Shown here piece by piece: positions 52,301-64,000 of a DNA stretch of 64,000 bases. Origin of the DNA: Bugula neritina (lineage: Eukaryota > Animalia > Bryozoa); NCBI GenBank assembly GCA_964035545.1, contig OZ037768.1:14393675-14457674 (forward strand), read 5' to 3'. Below the pieces are notes generated by a model that did not search any database, had not been told where the DNA came from, and saw only the letters and a list, made by a program, of their open reading frames with translations. Position numbers and translations under genes: made by a program. Within the stretch, counting starts at the first letter, position 1. Each line of letters starts with the position of its first letter.

Positions 52301-55300
52301 AAAACAATTCAAACAGTAGGGGCAAGGGGGGGGGGCACAACGGTCATAGGGGTACAAAAAGCCCGCCAAATTGAGAGAGAACTTATTGACTTAGAGTTGT
52401 GATTTTTTTCATAAAAAGGTATTGACATAATTATTCAGCCATTGTAGTTTCAACACTTGCGGAACATACGTGTTGAAAAGGCGAGTAAAAAACTGTTTTT
52501 ACCTACTTTTTGTAAATTTTTTAAGATGTTAAAGCTTTATAACTTTTTACACTCTAAAGGCAACAAGCCTACATTTTACTGATATTGTTGCCATTGCTTG
52601 TCTCTACATTGCTTAACTAGTATAAAAGCAAACTCTAAAATAAATTTTTCTTGAGGCACATTTATTTTCAACTTGGCCACACGGGGCACAATGGGCCACC
52701 TGATCATTGCACCTTGATCATTGTTATTAGTCTGTTTGCCCAAAAAGTTGGTTGAAATGTTAATAAAATCTATAGATATAGCCATTTCTGACCTTTTTGT
52801 AAAATATCAAAGAAATCATGGTAAGACTACAAAACTACAAGGTGAAGCTCCCCTAATATATACATCTGGTGAGGTTAAAGCTTTGCCATTTTATACATAA
52901 TACAAAAACTCTGCTGTTGCTACTAGTAGATAGTCATGATATTCATCATACATTATATCATTGAGGGAATATACATGTATTTGACTAAAATAAATTGTGA
53001 TTTGCTCATTTGCTCCCCCCTCTCCCTTCTGTACTCCAGCCACAAACCGAAGCCATGCACCTTAGCCACAGTTCATAGAAAAAATTCCACTCGGAATTTT
53101 GTAGTACATGTTACTAAAGTTCTTTTCTGATAAAAGTTCCTCTGAAGTGAAAATAAAAAAGCATTTTTAGTTCTAAACAGTAATAACAATGGCACTGTAG
53201 AACCGAGTGATGTGCGTTTGATTTTGCCTTCCTCTACTATCTGTGGTGGCACAAACTGTACAGCTAAAACATGAATTTTGCTGTAAATCTGAAAGAATAT
53301 TTTTATTTATTTGTAATATTAAATTAAGAAATAAAGATCAGATGCAACAAAATCCGCAAAGTTTCAATATATTTGTTGTGTCCCATTGTACCCCGCTACT
53401 GGGGCACAATGGGCCGATTTTTTGATCATGAAAATTTCATTATTCTGAAAGTTGTCAGAGAGATAAAAACAACAAACTGATACCTGTAACAGACAACAGA
53501 TGCAGCATTAAGACTAGAGATTATTGAGCTAGTAACTTGAAAAACAGATGAATGAGAGCAAAAAATGCAAAATTCGGCCCGTTGTGCCATACTGAATATT
53601 ATAGTAAAGAAAAAGAATTGCTGGCCTTGCCTTCTTTACCTCAACTGCTCAGTGAATTAGTACCTGTATTTAAAAATGAAAAGTTTCGTTTATATCTTTA
53701 CTGAAAAAAGCTCCGGGTTTCATTTAATACCACTCGTCTGACTACCCCTTTATAGTTTTACTGAAGATCATTGAAATCATATTAATGAGGAAGCTTACTC
53801 TCTAGTAATAAAATATAGCTTAATCAATATTTGATGCCCTTTGAAAACAATATAATGAATTAGTTGAGCTGACTGCGCAAAATTGATAATTGAGAAAAGC
53901 AACTGATATAATTATAAACATGAATACAGATATCTACAAGGAGTTATTATTCCCTTAGATTGTTTTTCTGAAATCGGCCGATTAAGTTATCACAAATCAA
54001 AAATTTGGACGAGTGGGCTTTACAAAGCAATGCAACTTGGTAAAATGTCAACGTGGTCACATTGAATTTCTGACTAAAAATCGTGAAGGTATAAACGGCA
54101 ACTTAAGAGACGTTGTGCTTCATTATTACTGGTTCACAAGAATGGTAATGATCTTTACACTTGATCAGTATTAATATAGTTATAAGTGAAGTAAACAAAC
54201 CTTGCTAGTTTTACGAACACTTCCAAACTTGGCAAACACACTTGTCCTTCGTCCACCTTTTTTAGATTTTCTGTCATCATTGTCATAATTTGATGGCCTA
54301 AAATAATAGTACGATATTTAAGTGAAAATTTTTGAGAAATATAAAAATCTGTAACCATGAATCACTCAACCTATACAACAGGCATATATTTCGTATTACA
54401 TAATTAAACTTGCAAAGATATAAATGCACATATGAAAACTAGGGGTAGAATTTTAAATAAATACTTTGAATAGGAGTATTTTCAAATTGACAAAAGTTTC
54501 AGGTATAGTTCAATATACGAAAACCACATTGCTTATTGAAAGAAATAAGTGATTTGAAAATGCTTATTATCAACCTATAAAATTAAAAAATTACTACCAC
54601 TACATGCTACATGAACAATCTGTTAGAAGCTGTGAGGATAGTGCTAAAAGATGCAGCAAAGATACTTTATTGTCTAGCACACTACACACTATACTATTAC
54701 AGAGAGCAAAGTTTACAGAAACTACAGCCAGCCAGAAACTGTTAGCATCATATAGCCTCCTCTACAAGCTAGACCAGGAGAGGCACTTACTAGCTACTAC
54801 TACTCGCCTTACAGCTATAGAGAGCAGCATTGTCATAATTGTCATTGGTTACACAAACTGGAGGACAATTCATCTGAGAAGTCTTTTCAATAACATTAAA
54901 ATGTATTACTTGAACTCACTAAATAATGATTTGTATTTCTATTTGATATTTGTGTCATTTATAAAGAGATGTAGAGAAGCAATAATCAATATAAACATCA
55001 CATATTGCTTTTAGTAATATATTAATTATCACCCAGTAACACATATACATGCTACTGGGTGATAACAATATTATACGCTGCTAACAAGTTGCTAATTGCT
55101 CTGTAAACAAGCAAGTATAGCAACTGTGTAATTTAGCTCATTAAGATGCCAGCACTTGAATAACCTTCCTTGGTTTTGCCATCTTTTAGTTGTTTGAGAA
55201 TCATGTGATTAATTCCACTAATGTCTTAGCCTAAGGTTCAGCTTAATTGACATTCTCATGATTTCATGCATTTTAATAGGTAAAAAGTTGAGGATCATAT

Positions 55301-58300
55301 GCACAATCAGCAATCCTGGAAAGTAACAGTAAGTTACAATGAATTAGTAAGTGCTATGGTAGTTTACAATTCAGTAAACATTTTGAGTTGTCATTTTAAT
55401 TAGCAAAACTGTTGCAGTCTCTGCGTTCTCTTTTATAGAACTTTCCAGAGCTATGGCCTGGCATATTCTTTGGTACTTGGGTTATCAATCTAAAGATCAG
55501 TGAAATATGGTTGCATTAAATCTAATCACTACTGAGCATTAAGTGCTTTCAATTTATTGAATAAACTTGTAGATAAATAATTATACGTAAATGATAGTAT
55601 TCGCAATTTGTGATTAGCATGATATTCATAACTATTGCTAGGGTGCTAGACAGTAGACTGTACTAGACAGTAATTTAGAATCCTTTTGCTTTATTTATTT
55701 ATAAAATTATTGATTGAAGCAAAGAAATAAAGTTAAACACAATGTTTATTATAGTCACTAGACTGGGTGCAACCACATTTCACTGCTGTTCATATTCATA
55801 ATTTTTATCAAGGATGCACAGGTTATTATACAATAGTCTGGCTTTTTGTTTAAAAATACTCAAGTCTGCCTGATTTCCCTGGCAAAAATAAAAGTTTAAA
55901 AGGTTTGCTGAGAAGAATATGGGAGCATTAACTATTTATTTTATGAAGATTGTTGGTCATTATCTCCTAACAATTAGCCAGTCATAAGAATGCTAGTTAA
56001 GCTGAAACTTAACTAGATTAAATTGAACTGATGTTGATGGGATTAATCACATGGTCCTGAAGCAACTCTACTTGTCAAAATCAGACAGTTGGATGATGGT
56101 TATTACACCTGGTAATTGTTGTGGTCTAAAGGAGCTATAATGGCAATAATTCATGCAAGATGCCAGTTAGTGCAAAGCAAGGCACCAGCAGCCAGTTACA
56201 AATCGTTGCTAGCTATCAGTTACACAGTCGAAGTTGCGAGAAGAAGCACCAAGTTGGTAGTCACTGGGTGTATTAGTTTGGGAGTCTGGAGCTGAGAGGT
56301 TTGGGATAGAACTCTGAACCACCAGCTTCAAACTTGAGATCCCTAACTACTGCACGAAGTCACCACTAATTCAGTGCTGCTTTTAGCAACTTTCTACACA
56401 GACAGGTAGCTCAAGCTAGGAACCAGTGGCTAGGAATTGAGGCTAAGACTGAACTTACACTGTATATAGGATACACTCTCTAATAATCAATACTGCGAAA
56501 TACAGTCTATAAACCAAACATACTTACAGCACAGATAAACTACTGCGGCGGTTGAACAGCCGAGGTATTTGGCGAAAGGAGGTACTGAAATATGTTCAAT
56601 TCAATAAATAATTGGATAGTGGCATTTTATCAACAAAACAGCAGCAGTCAGGGTAGCCATGACACTGTTGCATTAATATAGGTTAGTGTTATCTTCTTTA
56701 AAGCTGAAAACATGTTAATATTCATATAATTATGTTTAATGAAAGAAGGATGTATTTGGTGAGATGGTTGTTTCAGGCTGAAAGCTATCATTCAGTGGCA
56801 GAGTACAAACTTACTCCATAAGAAATTCAATAAGAGACACGCAGCCTCGCCATGGTTTTGTTGTATCTAACTGATCGTTATTTGACAGCAACGATCTGGC
56901 TGTAGTAACTGGTGACCGTGGCTCAACATATGACACTCCACAACTATCAGTTTAGTAAAATAAATAACAGTGAAACTTTGATCATAATAACTACTAACAT
57001 AACACCATAACTACTAACATATTAACTTAATCTGTGATCTACTTGATAATTTTATGCTTGAGTCACCACACAGTGCAGTACAGCAAGTATACATTAGAAA
57101 CACTATGCATAAGTAGAGTATCAGATGAGCCCTAAAGAAGTAACTAGAAAAAACTGGCATAACCACAAGTTTCAAAGACACTTAAAAAAGTCATGCATTT
57201 AGGAACTAAATTTAAAAAAAAGACTTGATTTTGTATTGAATGTAGGATGCATCAAGTATTCTGACTGTCACTACTGCTTCCTGTCACTACTACTGCTACT
57301 TTCTGTCAATAATTATACTTCCTGTCACCACTACTACTTCCTGTCACTACTACTACTTCCTGTCAATACCACTATTTTCTGTCACCAATGCTCCCTTTAC
57401 CACAAGATCAAAATACTAATATAAGAACACTAACAACCTGTTAAACTGAACACAATTTACTTCAATGGTTCTCATCATTCCTGATTTTGCGATACTGTCA
57501 TGACATTCTGACAAACATAAAATTTTGGTATTTGCACAGTTTAGGGATTGGATTCTTTTAAAAGCAAGTTTTTATGTTTCAATCGAGCTACAAAGCAACC
57601 CAGTTTTCGTGGCATGTTGAGGATTCACAGTAGGTATATGCTGAAGCTACTGTGATTTTATAGAGCTGTTGATCAATGTTTTCAGACACTGGAATCCTAC
57701 TACCCAGCTGCATGCACTCTTGCTACATCAGCTTTTACATGCCAAAAATAGTGTGAAACTGTACCTTGCATGTTCGAATAAATGTTGTCAAAAAGACTGC
57801 ATCTACTTACCCTAAGGAATTGTCTTGTTCCTGTGACAGAGGTCTGCGTAGCCCACTCCGTGGTAATGAGTCTAGAAGCATTACAACATATTGCTCAATT
57901 CTGCATAAAGTTGAAGCACATGCTAACATAGTTGAAAATGCGTAACAAACATGCATGTAGTCAAGTACTATATAATAAATATTCTTTATACACTTGTACT
58001 GATAAAATATTTCTAGAAATAAAATAATGGCAGTAAAATGTTCAAACTTCTAAACTACATTATTCAAATAATGCAGCAGCTATCATACAAATATCTTTGG
58101 CAAAAAAATAATGCTGTGAGAAATAGTAGCATTTATGATACAATACTAATTTGATATGGGTCATGGCCTGCAAGGAGACGTGGTCTATACGCAGAGAGAC
58201 ACGAAAGTGGGGCACCCTACACACCAGCCTGCAATGAGTTCCACTTACCAGTGTTATGATGCGATTTTGAGTGATGGGATGGGTATAGATTGCTATGTCT

Positions 58301-58946
58301 GTGTACAGGGCCATGCTGCTCACCAATCTGATTTATAGAAGGGGTGGAAACTGATAAAGATTTGCTGAGATTGCTAGTGGTGTGCCGGCTGGCATGATTT
58401 TGAGGTAAGGGAAGAGCGGATCTTGCGTGAGTGGAATGTCTCAAAGTTACTGATGATACAGATACTGGCTGGTCTAACTAAAATGTTGATAGAAATTTCT
58501 CACGTTACAGAGTTATCCCTTTAATATTTACACCAAATAACAAACATAAGAATAATCAAATTTGTTAAAAACAAAGTGACAAAGAGAACATTTCACTCCA
58601 GATGTAATGTTGCATGTTAGTAATAATAATTGATCGAAATACTCTAAGTTGTGAAATTTAGACTGAGCTCGACGGCACCATATGTTAGTTTGTAGCCAAA
58701 ATTTTACACTCAACATAATAATGACAGCAAACTTTGAAAAATTGAGCATCAGTAGCAACATCTATTACAGTAATAGTTTTAAGGTATGAAGTTGACGCAT
58801 AGTATAGCGGAGTTATATGGCCAACACAATACATTCAAAAAGAAGTGCATTCCTGCAAAAAGTGTTCACAGTGCACACATTCTAGAATAGTACCTGCTCT
58901 CGATATGTTGATTGCAATGAAGAAGTAGAACCATCACTCTGCAGGC
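25341..58946 (-). CDS. ARHGEF18: Lbc-family Rho guanine nucleotide exchange factor (ARHGEF18/ARHGEF28/AKAP13/ARHGEF2-like); 5' end not resolved, probably beyond the window
   Basis: Exons on minus: 58946-58894, 58477-58249, 57871-57811, 56943-56815, 56584-56528, 54297-54201, 52046-51923 and 47626-47550 (C1 finger HNF..CNHC..CSNCLMNYHDECKDKVPTC), 46364-46304, 45443/45436-45409, 40790-40755, 39238-39051, 38854-38642, 36236-36091, 35953-35836, 35147-34969 (DH domain: QRQDNIWELIATERQYFVNLKIM, IFPELDELIDLH), 34669-34502, 34350-34161 (PH: PEMYELVCKSSQERKEWI), 32956-32772, 32663-32426 (LPKRAETFNGFD family motif), 31898-31786, 31530-31426, optional 30797-30771 and 30333-30292, 30172-29960, 29048-28899, 26670-26554, 25976-25341 (coiled coil, ends DVIYC*). 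The symbol is the closest family label, not a proven 1:1 orthologue; small exons outside DH-PH are less certain. Confidence 0.9.
26787..27318. mobile_element. MITE with ~130-bp inverted arms, beside TA microsatellites
   Basis: 26787-26920 (TAGTATTGATACTGTATTGG...CATTTAGATGACTACAAATTTGTTTCGTGTAGTATAAA) is the reverse complement of 27193-27318. Confidence 0.8.
27491..27690. repeat. (TA)n/(TG)n/(TATG)n compound microsatellite
   Basis: Directly visible. Confidence 0.9.
27851..28015 (+). mobile_element. 5'-truncated RTE-clade LINE 3' end with 18-bp target-site duplication
   Basis: Direct repeat ATAGCTGTCTATAGATTA at 27833-27850 and 28016-28033. The insert encodes IRKDLQSCSLNEEDAQDRVRRRSLIELGL* (RTE C-terminal KDL...AQDR motif) and ends in a short (ATAGGTGAGA)2 tail. 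Confidence 0.85.
28158..28645. repeat. Degenerate inverted repeat / old MITE
   Basis: 28158-28250 matches the reverse complement of 28550-28645 (AAAACTCA.CCAA..AGGGG.GTGTACCAA...TCACCATTAT). Confidence 0.65.
29367..29585 (+). mobile_element. tRNA-derived SINE, copy 1
   Basis: Head GGAGCAGCCATGGTCTAGGGGTTAG (A box) and GGGTTTCATCCC (degenerate B box); homologous to 48549-48760. Confidence 0.7.
33032..33038 (-). terminator. RNA polymerase III terminator (T7) of tRNA-Arg
   Basis: TTTTTTT on minus, 3 nt after the tRNA 3' end. Confidence 0.8.
33042..33127 (-). tRNA. tRNA-Arg(TCT) with 13-nt intron (33078-33090)
   Basis: GGCTCCGTGGCGCAATGGATAGCGCGTCGGACTTCTA[ATGGTTAGATGTG]ATTCGGAGGTTGTGGGTTCGAGTCCCACCGGAGTCG. 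Intact acceptor, D and T stems; A and B boxes; anticodon TCT; intron after position 37. Confidence 0.97.
35415..35739. mobile_element. MITE, probably PIF/Harbinger-type (CCCCCT.TTCACAC family)
   Basis: TIR CCCCCTATTCACACTTTGCC.TA.CGTAC / GTACGATACGGCAAAGTGTGCATAGGGGG, with TAA on both sides; same family as 50601-50871 and 51134-51590. Confidence 0.75.
37690..38000 (-). repeat. Dispersed ~300-bp repeat family, copy 1
   Basis: Reverse-complement match to 53815-54110 and 62100-62420 (TTTGATGCCCTTTG, CTGAAATC.GCCGATTAAGTT, AAAATCGTGAAGGT.TAAA.GGCAACTT). Confidence 0.7.
39580..40704 (+). mobile_element. PIF/Harbinger-type non-autonomous element, copy C
   Basis: Starts TTA|TAGCTCATTCAGAC and ends GTGTGAACGAGCTG|TAA; colinear with 43077-44247. 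Confidence 0.8.
42100..44406 (-). mobile_element. PIF/Harbinger-type element, copy B (inverted; interrupted by copy A)
   Basis: Ends TAGCTTATTCA... and ...TGAATACGCTA with TTA TSDs (42097-42099, 44407-44409). Removing 43077-44250 rejoins a continuous copy that matches copy C. Confidence 0.85.
43077..44247 (+). mobile_element. PIF/Harbinger-type element, copy A (nested in copy B)
   Basis: Perfect 14-bp TIR TAGCTTATTCACAC / GTGTGAATAAGCTA, with TTA TSD at 43074-43076 and 44248-44250. Confidence 0.88.
44841..45242. mobile_element. hAT-type MITE
   Basis: TIR TAGGGCCACAC.A.GCG.GTT.CC / GGTAACTCGCTTTGTGTGGCCCTA. TAGGG termini are typical of hAT; the 8-bp TSD is not preserved. Confidence 0.7.
46991..47406. 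repeat. GC-rich minisatellite, 16 units of 25/29 bp
   Basis: Unit CTACATG(T/G)GCCCCCACACTGAGATA; the 29-bp variant (extra CCCT) occurs at units 3, 6, 11 and 16. Confidence 0.95.
48549..48760 (+). mobile_element. tRNA-derived SINE, copy 2 (more degenerate)
   Basis: GAGCAGCCATGG...GGGTTAGA..GCTG.CTTAGTAAAC...CATTCAG.CATAA.TGCTTCT shared with 29367-29585. Confidence 0.65.
49070..49421 (-). CDS. Putative alternative first coding exon of the RhoGEF (117 codons plus 1 nt)
   Basis: GTCATGG Kozak context with an in-frame TAG upstream; Ser/Pro-rich ORF MALNRSNSKHKRSVSYSGG...; phase-1 donor AG|GTTGGT joins exon 47626-47550 in frame. Confidence 0.55.
50601..50871. mobile_element. MITE, CCCCCTGTTCACAC family
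   Basis: Perfect 17-bp TIR CCCCCTGTTCACACATT / AATGTGTGAACAGGGGG. Confidence 0.8.
51134..51590. mobile_element. Partial inverted copy of the same MITE family
   Basis: 51134-51350 is the reverse complement of 50645-50871; 51520-51590 matches 35450-35520. Confidence 0.75.
52314..53594. mobile_element. Degenerate non-autonomous DNA transposon (~1.3 kb)
   Basis: CAGTA...GGCACAACGG / CCGTTGTGCCATACTG ends; internal GGGGCACAATGGGCC motif repeated at about 52683 and 53401. Confidence 0.5.
53815..54110 (+). repeat. Dispersed ~300-bp repeat family, copy 2
   Basis: Homologous to 37690-38000 and 62100-62420. Confidence 0.7.
57266..57388. repeat. Degenerate ~19-bp tandem repeat
   Basis: TTCCTGTCACTACTACTAC-like units, about 7 copies. 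Confidence 0.75.
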
Positions 58947-59086
58947 CTATGTGCTTAGAAAAATCTACATTTGGCAACTTCTGCAGAGGTGCACCATAAA
59001 TATCTACAACCAGACTGTGTTCATCAGAAACATGCTGCACTGCCAAACAGGAAGTTATACATGAGTAGATTCACATTGATTCTTAA

Positions 59087-61179
<2,093 letters not shown>

Positions 61180-62099
61180 TTAAGCAGGTCACCAGCAATA
61201 ATACTTATCTTCTACAATCTAAATTTTGAAAGTTTCTTGACAAATTGATAGGTGTTACATATAGACTGAGTGCATTGTGTAACATTGGCATATAAACTTT
61301 TATCTTTGATGGTTTTTGGTCTTAGTTTTAAAATAAATGATAAAAGGAATATGTAATTGACAGAGGGTTTGCCTAATGGGAACATTCACTCTGAAACTGT
61401 CAGCTCTTGCAAAAAACAATTATTTCATTCTACATAATTTTGGTGTACTCAATTACCATAGATCTAAAATAAATATGAAATATATGCAGCTATAATTGAT
61501 ATTAAACTATATTTATATTACTATGTTTACCCCACAATACTAACTTATTAGAAGGGAGCTGGAAGAAAGTAATCTAGAAATAACCAACAGTAAATTATCA
61601 TTATAAAGTCTACGTGTTACTTTTGAGTTGTTTATTCTTATCAAACAGTCTTAAAACCACAACAACATACAAAATAAACGATAGATACTACTTTTATCAA
61701 CATTTTTTACATGCCTAAAAATCTGCACAGAAAAATGCCCTTAATAACCCACCTTATAAATTTCAAACACTGCTATTGGGGTTCTACTTTTTAAGTGTGC
61801 AACACAACCTATATTGCATACCTGTCTGTTACATCACAGCTTTTGCTATAACAGCTAGTATGATAACACAATTTTGTATTCTCTAACACGTATAAATGAA
61901 ATTATATAAATTATTATTACATACCAACAAAACGCTGCAAAATTGTTCTTTGGAGTACTTACTGTCTAAAGGTTCATTTATAAAAGTACCTAGTTTCAGT
62001 TAATTTCACTCCTGTGAACACCCATTTATAATTTTACTCAAACTCGTGAAATCATATATTGATGCAGAAACTCACATTTCAATAGTAATAATATAAGAC

Positions 62100-62420
62100 T
62101 TCCTTAATCAGTATTTGATGCCCTTTGAAAACTAAATGAAATCTGTAAGCCAACTGCATAGACTCGATATTTGAGAACTGTAGCTGATAGGTGTTTAACA
62201 AATACTTTTAATGATGTTTAAGTAAGTCATATAATCAAGTCCTCTAATTGGCAAAGTGATAATTAAATACCAATATATCTCTAAAGAGTTATTATTCTGT
62301 TTGATTGTTATTCTGAAACCGGCTGATTAAGTTTTTGCCAGATAAAAATTTTGACTGCAAGGCAATCCAGTGAAAGTTTCAAATCGGTGAAATTGAATTT
62401 CTGATTGAAAATCGTAACTT
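62100..62420 (+). repeat. Dispersed ~300-bp repeat family, copy 3
   Basis: Homologous to 53815-54110. Confidence 0.65.
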
Positions 62421-63490
62421 ACAAGAAACTAAAGAGTAAAAAAGTAAATTAACAAAACAACTCAATTCAGTATGCTATCTTAAGACAAGGTTAGGCTGAA
62501 AAACCCCCAATGGCTGTTTTTCTAATACTAGAATACCTTAATTGGAGTGACTTTCTGATTGATTTTTTACTATGAGTTGACACAGTTCAAATACTGTTAC
62601 AATAAAGGTTTGAAAGCCCAAAAAATAATTAAATGATATGAATGTTTTTTATTCTGTTGGACCATTGTAAACTTAGTAGACAACATGCGGAATGCTGTTG
62701 GAACAGCTTGGAGTAATTATTTAATAAAGTCTGCTTACATCAATAAACTCTGAAGTAAAGTTGGAGAAATTTGTTAGATCAGCACTCAGCATATAAACTT
62801 TCAAAAGCTTATACTGGAAGCTGGATAAAACAAACAAGCATTTTCATTTCAGCAAAAAACTTTGATTTCATAACATTTGCCAGGTGTCTGTTGCTCCCCA
62901 GTGAAGGCTGACTAATAATTAGTCGAACTTAATCATCATAACAATAAAGACATATCAATATTTGTATAACAAATAATTTCAATTACACCAATTATTTTTC
63001 TCTTTTAATGTATTCCTTCAACTAGTATATTTGAGAAACATAAATTTAATTTTTTTAATTTACCATCAGCTTGGCTAAAGAACTAAAATTTGCTATTTTG
63101 TTATCGTGAAAACTTTGAAAAAGTCAAAGTCTTGATTCCATTTTTGTGTTGTGAGGCTACATTTTTATTATATTTTATAGCTCAAAATTGTGATTTGCAT
63201 GAATATATTCTCAATAAACTTTTATACTTGTCACCTAGATAAAAAAACATATTGTCTACTAGGTCTAGATTGGAACTTTGCTTTACAGTTGCATCCCGCT
63301 TAATTTTAGCCTAAATACTGAAGCAGTGATTTACTCAATACATATTAATTTATGCCTGAGGTACAATAATACTTCTATGAAATAATAATTTCCATAAAAA
63401 ACACAAACACCAGAGGTGAGGTAAATAAAATGATGCTGATATTTATTTTTGCCATAAACTTAGAGTATGTAAACCCTAGGCTCTATAACA

Positions 63491-63590
63491 CAGTGGTTCC
63501 CAAACCTTTTTCATACTATTCCCCTCTTTCATAAATGTTGACTATTAATTTCCCTTTCAAAAAGTGGGAAAAAATTTATGGCTGACATAA
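63491..63590 (+). mobile_element. hAT (Charlie-like) terminal fragment
   Basis: CAGTGGTTCCCAAAC is a typical hAT-Charlie TIR; no partner end found and the right boundary is approximate. Confidence 0.4.
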
Positions 63591-64000
63591 TGATAATATA
63601 TGATACAAAGCAATGTATTTTGTTCCTATAATTATCATAATAGTTATATTATCATTTTTATTATGTTATAAAATACATAGCAGTTCAGTTATTAATATTA
63701 TGGCTGCAGTTGGTGCTTTTGTGTCTGACTCTGTTTTTGAACAGGCCTATCTTAAGTCACTCTGCAGGTTAATGCAGTTTCTCTTCTCTTTGAATTGATG
63801 AGAATCCTACCTCAGATGGCTAAGTGGTGCTGGATGGCACCAAAACTCTGCTTTGTCAGCTATGTGTGGGTTGCTTGTTGAAACTTAGAATGACTTTAGG
63901 TAAAAATGGCACAGGTAATAATAGCACAAATGGAAAAGTAGGTAAGAACGGCACACTGATGTTAAATTTTCCCAAACTCAATCAAACCCTAAACCTTCCA

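Noticed and set aside
54604-55014. 136-aa plus-strand ORF
   Set aside because: No recognisable domain or splice context; likely a chance intronic antisense ORF.
55165-55217. 53-nt candidate RhoGEF exon
   Set aside because: Frameshifting, with weak splice sites.
57461-57507. AG...GT-bounded 47-nt candidate RhoGEF exon
   Set aside because: Gives an immediate stop in the phase-2 context; could only be a poison exon, and nothing supports that.
63613-63960. ORF 63613-63798 and possible upstream RhoGEF exons near the window end
   Set aside because: I could not build a phase-consistent, recognisable exon; the RhoGEF 5' end is left unresolved.

Overview
AT-rich, intron-rich animal (invertebrate-like) genomic window; no prokaryotic features. 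I reconstructed three spliced protein-coding genes by eye from GT-AG sites and exon phases. (1) Complete 4-exon ISCA1 on + (476-5375). (2) Complete 23-exon ADAMTS7/12-like secreted metalloprotease on - (22883-6299, about 1265 aa). (3) 5'-incomplete Lbc-family RhoGEF (ARHGEF18/28/AKAP13/GEF-H1-like; C1-DH-PH-coiled coil) on - (at least 58946 to 25341). An intron-containing tRNA-Arg(TCT) lies in a RhoGEF intron. Introns hold many TE relics: an R4/Dong-like LINE, an RTE 3' end with an 18-bp TSD, tRNA-SINEs, Harbinger, hAT and Kolobok non-autonomous elements, a possible solo LTR, and mini/microsatellites. I found no clear new multi-gene system. The best leads concern RNA processing: a Harbinger MITE nested in its own family member, forming a ~1-kb foldback that could compete with inverted copies flanking a 36-nt microexon; a likely alternative first exon inside the intron that splits the C1 zinc finger; a minisatellite made of duplicated splice sites; and a divergent DH conserved-region-3 motif. 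All exon models lack transcript evidence.
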